Positions 11,384 through 20,703 of a DNA stretch of 64,000 nt are shown here, one piece after another. The stretch spans positions 1,052 to 65,051 of the forward strand of contig CANRKK010000008.1 in assembly GCA_947631195.1 (NCBI GenBank). The letters are read 5' to 3'. This stretch comes from an uncultured Clostridia bacterium (GTDB lineage Bacteria; Bacillota; Clostridia; Christensenellales; Borkfalkiaceae). Under the pieces are notes generated by a model. The model was not told where the DNA came from. It did no database searches and saw only the letters and a program-made list of their open reading frames with translations. The position numbers were made by a program, and so were the translations under genes. Position 1 is the stretch's first letter, and each line of letters starts with the position of its first letter.

Positions 11384-13192
11384 CTAAATCTTCTTCACGT
11401 AACCCGCAAAGACGTTGCGGGCCTTTATTATTATCTTCCCGCGGGAGACGGCAAAGGGCTGCGTTCCCGCCCTGTCTATGTCGCACACCTGCGCGATATC
11501 GCAGTCTTGTAAGGCAATCTCCGCGTCGGTTTCGGTTGCGTTTACTCCGTACACCACGCCGCCGACGGTATATGCCGCCACGCCCGCGGGCGCGTTCAGC
11601 CGCGTGAAATATTGGCGGGAATTTGCCAAATCGTCAAATGCGTGATTGCTTTTGCGCAGCGCGATCAAGCCCCTGTAATAGTTTACCGTATCCCACTCGG
11701 CGGACATTCTCCGCCAGTCGAGCTTGTTTACGCCGTCGCCCGAACGGTAGGAATTGCCGTCGCCGTACTTGGTGCGGTAAAACTCCTGTCCCGCCAAAAT
11801 AAAGGGTATGCCCAGACCCGAAAATATCATAAAGTCGGCCATTCTGTGCATGCCGCGCCTGTCCTCCCCCTCGTCCGTGGTGATGCACAGCTGGTCGTAG
11901 AGGGTGTAGTCGTCGTGGCAGGCGGTGTACAGCACCTGTTGCACGGGGGATTTTACCCGCATAAACTCACTGTTTTGGGGATCGCCGCCCGCGATGCCGC
12001 TCATGGCCTCCTCGAGGCACTCGAGATTTCCCTGCACGTAGCCCCTTGCGGCGTTGACGAAGTGCAGGCCGCGTATACCGTTGCGGGTGGAATCGTTGAA
12101 CATTCCCACGCGCTCGTTCAGCTTGAAGTAGTGCGCCTTGTCGGCCCCCTCCACCCTCGTGGGCGCCTCCACGTACCACGGTTCGCCGTAGAGCAGAATT
12201 TTTTTGCCGCGGCCGTCGGGATAGATGCCGTCCAGCGCGCGCCGCACGCAGTTCATCGTCTCCACGTCGGTCAGCCCCATCAGATCGAAGCGGAAACCGT
12301 CCACGTGATACTCTTTCACATAGTGGCACACGCAGTCGACGATCAGTTTGCGGAACATTTCGTTCTCGCTCTTGGTCTCGTTGCCGCAGCCCGAGCCGTT
12401 TTGGGGCTGTTTGCCGCGCATCCTGTAATAGTAGTCGGGCGCGCAGATATCGAGGGGGTTCCCCTCCTTGGTGTAGGTGTGGTTGAACACCACGTCCAAA
12501 ATTACGCCTATGCCCGCTGCGTGCAGGTTTTTAACCAGCGTTTTAAGCTCCCTCACCCTCGCCGCGCCGTCGTGCGGGTCGGAGGAATAGCTGCCCTCGG
12601 GCATAAAATAGCACACGGGGTCGTAGCCCCAGTTGTAGCCGCCCTCGAGCTCGTCCACGCTGCCGAAGTCGGCAACGGGCATCAGCTGGACGTAGGTCAC
12701 GCCGAGGTATTTCAGATAGTCGATGAGCGCGGGTTTGCCGTCGGGCGTGGTTACTCCCTCCCTGAACGCGGTAAATTTGCCCGCGTCGGGAAGATCGAGC
12801 CATTCGTCCGAGGAAAAGTCGCGGACGTGCACCTCCCACACGACGGGCGGAACGGGCGTAAAGCTGTCATTTTCCCACCCTTCGGGGTCTGCGGCGCCCT
12901 TTGAGAGTATATAGCCCCGCCCCGAATTGGCCCCGCCGGACAGTGCGTAGGGGTCGATGGTTTCCACGTCGTCTATAGAATAGGTGTAGTACAGCCCGCC
13001 GAGGTTGCCCCGCAAAACGCAGGTATATAGCCCGTCGCCCATATATTTGAGCGATTTTTTGATGGACCAACCCGCGGACGTGTCCGAAGCGTAGAGTTGC
13101 AGGCTGACGGCGTGCGCGCAGGGCGCAAACACGCAGAACGTTGTGTAGTTTTTAGTGCAGGTCGCACCCGGTGGAAATGCCGGTTTTGTCAT
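11384..13192 (-). CDS. Type I pullulanase / alpha-1,6 debranching enzyme (GH13), no signal peptide, so probably cytoplasmic
   Basis: Motifs YNWGYDP, VILDVVFNHT, GFRFDLMG, LYGEPW, ACHDDYTLYD. Start placed at ATG 13192 (MTKPAFPP..), which overlaps the HAD stop codon in an ATGA arrangement. The track start at 13219 is an alternative. Confidence 0.85.
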   Translation of the reverse strand: MTKPAFPPGATCTKNYTTFCVFAPCAHAVSLQLYASDTSAGWSIKKSLKYMGDGLYTCVLRGNLGGLYYTYSIDDVETIDPYALSGGANSGRGYILSKGAADPEGWENDSFTPVPPVVWEVHVRDFSSDEWLDLPDAGKFTAFREGVTTPDGKPALIDYLKYLGVTYVQLMPVADFGSVDELEGGYNWGYDPVCYFMPEGSYSSDPHDGAARVRELKTLVKNLHAAGIGVILDVVFNHTYTKEGNPLDICAPDYYYRMRGKQPQNGSGCGNETKSENEMFRKLIVDCVCHYVKEYHVDGFRFDLMGLTDVETMNCVRRALDGIYPDGRGKKILLYGEPWYVEAPTRVEGADKAHYFKLNERVGMFNDSTRNGIRGLHFVNAARGYVQGNLECLEEAMSGIAGGDPQNSEFMRVKSPVQQVLYTACHDDYTLYDQLCITTDEGEDRRGMHRMADFMIFSGLGIPFILAGQEFYRTKYGDGNSYRSGDGVNKLDWRRMSAEWDTVNYYRGLIALRKSNHAFDDLANSRQYFTRLNAPAGVAAYTVGGVVYGVNATETDAEIALQDCDIAQVCDIDRAGTQPFAVSRGKIIIKARNVFAGYVKKI

Positions 13193-13893
13193 AGTGCCTC
13201 CCCAATCAGATATTTGCACAGCGCGCCGAAGTCGTCGGTTGCAAAGCCGGCTGCGGCGGCGCCCTGTTTTAAGCTGTCGGTTTGCGGGGAAATGCCCGAA
13301 AAGATGTACGCCGTTTTCAGTTTCAGCGCTGCGGCGGGAACGATGTCCGCAAAAATGTCGTTGCCTATGTAGATAGTTTGGGCGACGTTCAGTGAGTATT
13401 TTGAAATCAGATAGTTAAAAAACGCGGGCGAGGGTTTTTTTTGGCCGAACTGCGAGGATAGCTCCACGCCTTGGAAATATTGCAGTATATTCAACTTTTT
13501 GAGTTCGGGCAGAGTGAAAGCCGCCTGTGCGTTTGATAAAATAAACATGCGGGCGCCGCGCAGGCAAAGAGTTTTAAGCAAATCTTCGGCGCCTTTATAT
13601 AATTTTAAGCGGCGGGTGGACAGTGCGCGGAACATTTCCGCGGCTTCGCGCGATTGCCGCACCGTCATTGTGCCCCCGCTTCTCTCTGTTGCAAGTTTTA
13701 ACACCGCGCATATATCGGGCTCGTCAAAGCCCCCGTATGCGCCCAAAAGCGCGTCGTATTCCCGCTTCAGCCCCTCGCCCGCGCCAAATTTTTCGGCGGC
13801 GTAGCCCGTAAAGCGTTTCCAGAATTTTTGCGAACACTCGTCGGTGGAAATATCCACGAGGGTGCCGTATAGATCGAATACAAAATTACGCAT
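13189..13893 (-). CDS. HAD-superfamily hydrolase (haloacid-dehalogenase-like phosphatase)
   Basis: 234 aa. Motif I FDLYGTLVD, motif II ILSNA, motif III/IV K..YIGNDIFADI. Confidence 0.75.
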   Translation of the reverse strand: MRNFVFDLYGTLVDISTDECSQKFWKRFTGYAAEKFGAGEGLKREYDALLGAYGGFDEPDICAVLKLATERSGGTMTVRQSREAAEMFRALSTRRLKLYKGAEDLLKTLCLRGARMFILSNAQAAFTLPELKKLNILQYFQGVELSSQFGQKKPSPAFFNYLISKYSLNVAQTIYIGNDIFADIVPAAALKLKTAYIFSGISPQTDSLKQGAAAAGFATDDFGALCKYLIGEAL

Positions 13894-13905
13894 AAAAAAG
13901 TTATG

Positions 13906-14217
13906 TTCACAAAAAGCTCGGCAGGCCGTGCCTGCGCTTTTTCGTGATTCGAGGGCTGCTCGCCCTCTGGCTGCGATAGTTTAAGGGCCCTCGATTATAT
14001 AATCGCAGCCATTCACCTCGCTCAGGCGCAGGTGTGCGCAAATTGAGTTGTGCTGCGCACGCGAGCGTTAGCGACGCTTTGCACACCGCATTATAAAAAA
14101 TTCTATAACAAGGTGCAAAAAGCGTGGTTTTGCTTGCACCGTTAATTATTTTTAAAATGTTCACAAAAAGCTCGGCAGGCCGTGCCTGCGCTTTTTCGTG
14201 ATTCGAGCTGCTCTGCC
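13906..14217. repeat. Intergenic repeat family B: one full copy (13906-14066) plus a truncated second copy (14160-14217)
   Basis: ttcacaaaaagctcggcaggccgtgcctgcgctttttcgtgattcgag occurs twice. The first copy continues through the gagggc..gccctc and ctgcgat..atcgcag palindromes and gcgcaggtgtgcgcaaatt. Confidence 0.75.
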
Positions 14218-14346
14218 GCCACTGTCGGGGCGCGAGTGCCGCTTCCCCGTGCCCTCTTCCGCCACTGTCGGAGCGTGAGTGCCGCTTTCCCGTGCCCTCT
14301 TCCGTCACCGACGGGGGAGGGTGTCGACGTAGTCGACAGGTGGGAG
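14218..14346. repeat. 43-bp tandem duplication followed by a family C repeat
   Basis: gccactgtcggggcgcgagtgccgcttccccgtgccctcttcc (14218-14260) is repeated with 4 mismatches at 14261-14303. 14291-14346 matches 10374-10432 in inverted orientation. Confidence 0.75.
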
Positions 14347-14451
14347 CGGGGCAAGTATTTAAATGTTTTTGCGGCGCGGGAAATAAATTCCCGCGCCGCC
14401 TGCCACTGCGTTTAACTTTATTTTATAAGGAGAGATACATTTTTTATAAAG

Positions 14452-17400
14452 TTACGCGGTCTTTTGTGTTACGGTTATTGTATTTGTTGACGTGTCAAAC
14501 GTTACGGTGTACTCGCCCGCCGTGTGGAAGCAGAGATTATCGCCATCGGAACCGTTATCCACAACGTTGTTCTTCGTGTAGTTGCCGTACCAGTCTCTTA
14601 CGTCGCCCAGAACGGAGCCGTAACCGATCTTGATTGCAAATATGGTTCCAGCCGTAAGTTTGTTTTTCGAAATATCCTCGGCAAGCCAGCTGTAACCGGC
14701 ATTTTGGGATATGTCGGTAACAGTAAGGTCAACCGTCAGCACGTTGCCGTCGCCCGTAAGTTTGGGAGAGCCTTCCGCTATGGTGAAGCTTACGGCTTTG
14801 TCGTCTATAACGAGCGTGCCTACGATATAATATTCACACTTTTCGTATTGAACGGTTTTGGCCTCTACGTTGAACTTAACAAAGTATTCGCCTGCGGGAA
14901 GGTTGCCGTCGCCTACGGGATATTCCTTGTTGCCGTCGTACTTATCGATGAGCTTTAAGGGCTTTGTGCCGTCAACGGTTATATATCCCGTCCACGCGTC
15001 CGTACCCGCAGCCATCTTTGTTTCATCTTCGCCGTATACAAAGTACATATCGTTGGGATTTGCAAAGGGTTCAACCGTCCAGGTGAGCTTCCATGTGTCT
15101 GCACTTGCATAGAGAACGTAATCTCCGCTCACCGCAACTTTTATGTTTCCACCGTCATTACCGGGCTCATCATATACAAGTTCGTTGCCACAGCTTGAAT
15201 CTATAGCCCATGCACTGAATTTAAAATCATTCCAGCTTGTTGTTGTGCCAAGAATTTTGAATTTATCACCCACAATCAGTCTTAAAGAAATAGTGAACAT
15301 GTTTTCGGTAGGGTGAGATTCCGAATGGCTGAGCGGCGTTTTATCATTTTCAAGTTGCCATGTTACAGTAGGATAATTCTTTAATTCTCCTAAAATGTGA
15401 TAGTTGTGAGTATCTATTGCGCGCCAATGAGCGTAAACGGTCTTATTTTCGGTTACAAGCTCGTTGAAGTTTACAAGCTCGCCGTTGTTCTGGGCTGTGT
15501 ACCAGCCGAGGAAGTAGTGGCCTGCCCATTCGGCAGCTTCGGGAGCGACAAGGCCGTATTCGTCTATGTCGACGTCCTTATCGGGGGTTCCGTTGCCGTT
15601 AAAATTAAAGGTCACTTTTGTGCCTTGGGGGATATCGGAAGTCTTTACCCAGCGGGCATAGAGCTCGGTGTTTGCGTTTACGGGCTTTGTAAAGTCAAAC
15701 TTGTTTTCGCAATTCTCTTCGGTATACCAGCCGTAGAAAGTGTATTCCTCGCGCTCGGGTTCGGTGGGTTCGGTTACGGTTGTGCCCTGAGTTATGGTTT
15801 CAACTTGGGGTTCTGCCGCGTCCGTGTAGTTGAGGTTGAAAGTTACCGTTACTTCGTGCACTACTTCGGCAACGGTTATCGCCTTGGTTGCGGGGTCGAA
15901 AGTTACGGAGTATTCGCCTTCCGCATGGAAGAAGTAGTTGTCGCCGTTGTCGCCGATGCCGTACCAATCCTTTGCGCCGAGCAATACCGAGCCGTAAACG
16001 ACCTTTATCGCAAATATGGCGGTGGCACCACCCTGTTCTTTAAGCCATTTGTAGTTGCTGGTGCCGTCGACAACTTCGGAAACGTCGGTTACGTTGACGG
16101 TTGCAACGTATTTGCCGTCGGACTCCGTCATGGCGGGAGTGAGGTCCTTAACTATTACAAAGTTCTGGATATGATCGTCATCGTCTACAAAGGTACCCAA
16201 TACAAAGTAACCTAACTTTTCGTACTTGATTTCTTTGGTTTCGGGGTTGTAATAGAACGCATAGTCGCCCGCGGTGAGCATTATGTTGCCGCTGCCGTCC
16301 AAATTGCCTTCGGAAGGAGCAAGCCAGTTGTCTTTGCCGAGCTTGTTGTACAGCTTAACCGTTGCATAGTCGCGCTGAACATCCTTCTCATCTACCTTGT
16401 CTACGGCATAGTCTTTTTCGGTTATGGTGAGATAACCCGACCATATGCCCGTTGTGGGATCCTCGGTGAGTTTCCATTCTTCACCCATATCGGTGTTCCA
16501 ACCGTTCATGGAGCCGATAAAGTAGATGTCGTTTGTAAGCGCCCTTATGCTTACGGAATTATCCGCGCTGTTATAGGTTACGGTGTATTTGCCCGCGGGA
16601 ACAAGGTTGTATTCGTCCTGTTCGTGTATGGCCGTTGCGTAGTCCTCGGAAGTATATACCGCTTTTACGCCGTTTTCGTCCTCGACGTTGTTCATAACGC
16701 CTATCATGGTGTAGTCGGTGCCCGCCTCGCCCTCTGCGTTATATTTGAGGTGCTCCTCGGTAACTTCAAGGGTATAGCGCCAAACGTCGCCGGTCTTGGT
16801 CATGTGCGATTTGTTAAATTGCTTCTGGTTGTCCCCGAAGTCGTTGAAATCGCCGACTACGTACATATCCGAAAGAGCCTTTAATTCGCCGACCTTTTCC
16901 CAGGTAATCTTTGTATCTTCTTCACCGTCGGGATAGGTGTGTAAACTGAATTTGTATGTACCGTCGTGGCCGCTTTCAAGGGTTATATTGCCTTTATAGG
17001 CGCCGCCCTCGTAAAATACCACTTCGCCGTCCTCGTTTTTGCTCACGGCGCCCGTAGCATATGAATCGCCGTTTGAATAGCCGTCTGCAAGCATCTCGTA
17101 AGGATAAATCGCGTCGAAAACTAAATTGTCGTCATAATCACTGTCGTGAACAATCTTAAATTCATCGTGCGCATACATGTCTATGGTGATTGTAAACACG
17201 TTGTGGTCCGCTTCCTCGTCCCTTACGAGTTTGAGAGTAGTGTTGGTTGCGGACCATTCGGGAACTTGCTTTAAACTTCCCGCGCCTTTGCCTGCGAGGT
17301 AGTATTCGGTTTCGTCAAGGGTGTAGTCGTAGTTGCCGCCGGTACCGCCACCGCCTCCTTCATCGCCGCCGGCCGGACCGCCGCCGGAGCCGCCTCCGTT

Positions 17401-17481
17401 GTTGCACGCCGCCGCAAATGTGCCCACGGCTGCCGCCATGACGCCCGTCAGCAAGAGCGCCAATAATTTCTTTGCCTTCAT
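14452..17481 (-). CDS. Large cell-surface lipoprotein with repeated beta-sandwich (CBM-like) modules and two Listeria-Bacteroides repeats; candidate starch-binding protein
   Basis: Start set to ATG 17481 after GGAGG; the track's TTG start adds MEAK. Lipobox FAAAC followed by a Gly-rich linker. Two Flg_new-type repeats (VTFNLNYTD..YTFYGWYTEEN..ELYARW and KVTFNFNGNG..HYFLGWYTAQN..TVYAHW). Internally duplicated modules (..IFAIKVVYGSVLLGAKDWYG..FHAEGEYSVTFD.. and ..IFAIKIGYGSVLGDVRDWYG..FHTAGEYTVTFD..). Adjacent to a pullulanase gene. Confidence 0.7.
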   Translation of the reverse strand: MKAKKLLALLLTGVMAAAVGTFAAACNNGGGSGGGPAGGDEGGGGGTGGNYDYTLDETEYYLAGKGAGSLKQVPEWSATNTTLKLVRDEEADHNVFTITIDMYAHDEFKIVHDSDYDDNLVFDAIYPYEMLADGYSNGDSYATGAVSKNEDGEVVFYEGGAYKGNITLESGHDGTYKFSLHTYPDGEEDTKITWEKVGELKALSDMYVVGDFNDFGDNQKQFNKSHMTKTGDVWRYTLEVTEEHLKYNAEGEAGTDYTMIGVMNNVEDENGVKAVYTSEDYATAIHEQDEYNLVPAGKYTVTYNSADNSVSIRALTNDIYFIGSMNGWNTDMGEEWKLTEDPTTGIWSGYLTITEKDYAVDKVDEKDVQRDYATVKLYNKLGKDNWLAPSEGNLDGSGNIMLTAGDYAFYYNPETKEIKYEKLGYFVLGTFVDDDDHIQNFVIVKDLTPAMTESDGKYVATVNVTDVSEVVDGTSNYKWLKEQGGATAIFAIKVVYGSVLLGAKDWYGIGDNGDNYFFHAEGEYSVTFDPATKAITVAEVVHEVTVTFNLNYTDAAEPQVETITQGTTVTEPTEPEREEYTFYGWYTEENCENKFDFTKPVNANTELYARWVKTSDIPQGTKVTFNFNGNGTPDKDVDIDEYGLVAPEAAEWAGHYFLGWYTAQNNGELVNFNELVTENKTVYAHWRAIDTHNYHILGELKNYPTVTWQLENDKTPLSHSESHPTENMFTISLRLIVGDKFKILGTTTSWNDFKFSAWAIDSSCGNELVYDEPGNDGGNIKVAVSGDYVLYASADTWKLTWTVEPFANPNDMYFVYGEDETKMAAGTDAWTGYITVDGTKPLKLIDKYDGNKEYPVGDGNLPAGEYFVKFNVEAKTVQYEKCEYYIVGTLVIDDKAVSFTIAEGSPKLTGDGNVLTVDLTVTDISQNAGYSWLAEDISKNKLTAGTIFAIKIGYGSVLGDVRDWYGNYTKNNVVDNGSDGDNLCFHTAGEYTVTFDTSTNTITVTQKTA

Positions 17482-17691
17482 TTTTGCCTCCAAAAAATTT
17501 ATAAATTTTTGCGAATAAAGGCGTGTTCCGGGCGCCTTTACTCAAATTGCCTTTGTCTGTGCGGAGCCAAACTCCGCCGCGCAGGCCGCGCCTGCGCTAT
17601 TCTGTTTTAAAACTTCGCCCGTCCGCAAAAGCGGCCCCTTTGGCGCACTTGTTCCCGCGGCTTGGGGGGGGTAAGCCGCGGGTTTTCCGGT

Positions 17692-20421
17692 TTACGCCTG
17701 CTTATATACGTAGCAGCTTACGGGGGTTATGCTAACCGAACCGTTGCAGCCGCTCTGTATTGCAGTCGTGCCGGCCTGTGTGCCGTCGATATAAAGATCC
17801 CAATTACCTGCGGGGAGCTTGAGGGTGTGCGCCGTCGTGCCGCCGTTGTAAACCACAAGCACCTTTTCGCCGTTGGGATTGGTTATGGTGAACGCCGCAA
17901 ACGCGCCGCTCTTTTCAACTATGGTGCAGGTTGACGCCGTTATCGAAGCAAGGCGCAGCGTAGGGCACGATTTGCGGAATGCGATAAGCCCCTTGTAGTA
18001 CTGCATCATCTTATATTCGTTTGAATCTTTGGTGAGAAGATCCCACTTCAGATTGTTTACTTCGTCCGAAGCATTGTAGCTGTTTTCGTTGTAGCTGCCG
18101 TCCTCGTTTATCTTGGCGCGGAGCATCTCCTCGCCCGCCTGCATAAACGGAACGCCCAAAGAGGTTTGAACTATCGCCGCGGACAGCCTGTTCTTTGCAA
18201 GCCTCGTATCGAGGGTCGAAGCGTCGGTGCCGTCAACGTGGCAGATCCTGTCCCAAAGGGTGTTGTTGTCGTGCGCGGAGCAATAGTTTATGACGTTCGT
18301 GGGGCTTGCCGAACTCCAGCTTGCGCTGTAACCGCTGAACGAGGCGTTTGCAAAGCCGCCCTGCGCGCCGAAGAGCACGCGGCCGAGATAGTCGGCCTTG
18401 GCGCCCGTCGCAAAGCCCGTGTCGTTGATATCGAACACAGAGCCCTTTATGCCGTCGCGGATAACGTCGTTGAACATGGCCACGCCGTTTACCTTGCTGC
18501 CGTTGAGCTTGCCTATGTTGTCGAGCTTGGCCTGCTGTTCGCCCGGAAGGGTGGAAGTGCCGCCCGTCCAGCCCTCGCCGTAGATGAGAGCGTGGGGATT
18601 CTTTGCATGGACGGTGCTTTCAACCTCTTTCATTGTCTCTATGTCGTGCAGACCCATGAGGTCAAAGCGGAAACCGTCGAGGTTGTACTCGTCAAGCCAA
18701 TAGTTTACGGAATCGACTATGAACTTTTTGACCATCGAACGCTCGGAGGCCGTTTCGTTGCCGCAGCCCGAGCCGTTGGAAAGCACGCCGTTGTTGTATC
18801 TGTAGTAGTAGTTGGGAACTATCTTCGTAAAGTTGGAATCGGCCGAATAGGTATGGTTGTAAACCACGTCCATGATAACGCCTATGCCCGCTTCGTGCAG
18901 GGCCTGAACCATCTGCTTGTATTCGGTTACTCTCACCGCGCCGTTGGAGGGGTCGGATGAATAGCTGCCCTCGGGCACGTTGTAGTTTTGGGGATCGTAG
19001 CCCCAGTTGAACGCCGCGTCGGGGTCGGATTCGTTTACGGATGCATAGTCGTACGAGGGCAAAAGGTGAACGTGGGTTATGCCCAATTCCTTCAAGTAAT
19101 CTATGCCCACGGGCTTGCCCGCCGCGTTTGTAAGACCCGTCTTGGTGAACGCGAGGTACTTGCCGCGCTCGGCTTCCGAAAGTCCGCTTATTTTATTGGA
19201 GAAGTCGCGTATATGTATTTCCCAAATGTTGGCGTCGGTGTAGTTTTCAACCTTGTAGCCGTCCGCATAGTCGGTGAAATTCTCGTTTGTCCAGCCGTCG
19301 GGGTCGGTTGTATCGAGGTCCAATATCATGCCGCGCTTGCCGTTGGTGCCCGCCGAACGCGCATAGGGGTCAACTGCCTCCTGCTCGCCCATCGAAGTCG
19401 TAACGGTATATGTATAGTATTTGCCTACAAATTTTTCCTTGCCGTTCGCGTCGAGGCGGTCGCCCTCGTAGCTCCAAACGCCCTTTTCGCCCTTTACGAG
19501 GGGATAGTGCGTCTTGCTCTCGCCCCATTCGCCGTCGCTGAACAAATTGAGGAGCACGCTGCTCGCCGTAGGCGCCCAAAGGCGGAAAGTGACCTTGTCC
19601 TCGCCTATCTCTACGCCCAACTCGCCGTCATAGGTGTACTGGTTTTCGAAGTCCTCGCTCGAATAGTACGTCGAGGGCACTATGCCCGCGGGATCGTAGC
19701 CCTCGATATTCAGGGTGTAGGGCTTGGAGATATCTATGTTCTCCTCCGTTACGATCACGTTCTGGTTGGTGATTGTCTTGTATTTAAGCTCGTTGCCGTC
19801 CGCGTCGAGTATGCGCACGTTGTTGAGCTTGTTCACGAGGATCTTGGGGTCGCTCATCGTGATTTTTATGTGCTTTAAGTCGGTTATGTCGGCAAGGGCT
19901 ATGTAGCGCACGAGCTGCAGCGTTTTGCCGCCGTCGTCGCTCTCGTAGGAGTTGCCGTCGCCCGATTTGGTGTATATTACCGTGCTCTGTCCGCGCAGGG
20001 TCACCCATCTGTCGGCGTCGGTGCCGTCCTTAACCACGCCGTCCCACGCGGCAACGCCGGGGTTGGTGCAGTTGGTCCTTATGATAAAGCCCACTTTAAC
20101 CGTCGTGTCGGGCACGTTGAGTATCACTTTGCCGCCGTATTCGCACTCGTGGAAGAGAAGCGCAACGCCGTCGGCATTGTCGTACCACAGCCAAACGTCG
20201 CAGTCGTCGTATTTGCCCGAACTGCGGTTCCAGTAGATAGTGAGCTGCCTTTGCCCGTCGGGAATTTCGAGAGTGTACTCGTCCCCCGTCTGCTGTCCGC
20301 CGCCTTCGTTTCCGCCGCCTTCGCCGCCTTCACCGCCCTGTTCTGCGGGCGCGCACGCGGCAAAAACAAACAGCATCGAGAACAGTACGCAAAATACTGT
20401 CCACAGTAGTTTTTTCTTCAT
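17692..20421 (-). CDS. pulA: Cell-surface lipoprotein pullulanase, type I (GH13) with N-terminal carbohydrate-binding modules
   Basis: Start at ATG 20421 after GGAGG. Lipobox VFAAC plus a Gly/Glu-rich linker. Motifs NWGYDPQNY, VIMDVVYNHT, GFRFDLMG, IYGEGW, SAHDNNTLWD. Confidence 0.9.
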   Translation of the reverse strand: MKKKLLWTVFCVLFSMLFVFAACAPAEQGGEGGEGGGNEGGGQQTGDEYTLEIPDGQRQLTIYWNRSSGKYDDCDVWLWYDNADGVALLFHECEYGGKVILNVPDTTVKVGFIIRTNCTNPGVAAWDGVVKDGTDADRWVTLRGQSTVIYTKSGDGNSYESDDGGKTLQLVRYIALADITDLKHIKITMSDPKILVNKLNNVRILDADGNELKYKTITNQNVIVTEENIDISKPYTLNIEGYDPAGIVPSTYYSSEDFENQYTYDGELGVEIGEDKVTFRLWAPTASSVLLNLFSDGEWGESKTHYPLVKGEKGVWSYEGDRLDANGKEKFVGKYYTYTVTTSMGEQEAVDPYARSAGTNGKRGMILDLDTTDPDGWTNENFTDYADGYKVENYTDANIWEIHIRDFSNKISGLSEAERGKYLAFTKTGLTNAAGKPVGIDYLKELGITHVHLLPSYDYASVNESDPDAAFNWGYDPQNYNVPEGSYSSDPSNGAVRVTEYKQMVQALHEAGIGVIMDVVYNHTYSADSNFTKIVPNYYYRYNNGVLSNGSGCGNETASERSMVKKFIVDSVNYWLDEYNLDGFRFDLMGLHDIETMKEVESTVHAKNPHALIYGEGWTGGTSTLPGEQQAKLDNIGKLNGSKVNGVAMFNDVIRDGIKGSVFDINDTGFATGAKADYLGRVLFGAQGGFANASFSGYSASWSSASPTNVINYCSAHDNNTLWDRICHVDGTDASTLDTRLAKNRLSAAIVQTSLGVPFMQAGEEMLRAKINEDGSYNENSYNASDEVNNLKWDLLTKDSNEYKMMQYYKGLIAFRKSCPTLRLASITASTCTIVEKSGAFAAFTITNPNGEKVLVVYNGGTTAHTLKLPAGNWDLYIDGTQAGTTAIQSGCNGSVSITPVSCYVYKQA

Positions 20422-20474
20422 TTTTGCCTCCAAAATTGCCTTTATTTTTGTTTTTTTATTTTTGTTTCCTAATT

Positions 20475-20584
20475 ATTTTCGATTGTTTTCGAAAATTATT
20501 ATATCACATTTTCGAAAGATGTCAAGCGGTATTGTAATTATTTTTCAAAAAATGTTAACTATTTAAAGCGCGCATTTTCGAAAA
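20475..20584. promoter_or_regulatory. Cluster of TTTTCGAAAA palindromes (candidate LacI-family operators) in the pullulanase / cls divergent region
   Basis: Perfect ttttcgaaaa at 20486-20495 and 20575-20584. Near copies ttttcgaaag at 20509-20518 and ttttcgat at about 20476-20483. Confidence 0.3.
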
Positions 20585-20703
20585 CCTTTTCGGGCGGCTC
20601 TCGGGCGGGGAAAAAGGGCGCAAAATTATAAAAATAAATTGCAACACGGGGGTTGCAAACGAGCAAAAAGTGTATTATAATACCCTATACTTCGGGTGAG
20701 TTT

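Noticed and set aside
10457-11607. Several 60-130-aa ORFs inside the 1.1-kb spacer (for example 10531..10911, 11269..11607)
   Set aside because: They lie within dispersed repeat elements, overlap one another in different frames and on both strands, and encode Arg/Pro/Ala-rich strings. The repeats explain the sequence better than coding does.
17482-17691. Hairpin cccgcggctt-acccccccc-aagccgcggg (about 17655-17685) with a G/C homopolymer loop downstream of pulA, considered as a terminator or phase-variable element
   Set aside because: It has no U-tract on the minus-strand transcript, and the homopolymer sits in the loop, where length change would have little effect. It is most likely a read-through stabilising hairpin between co-transcribed genes.
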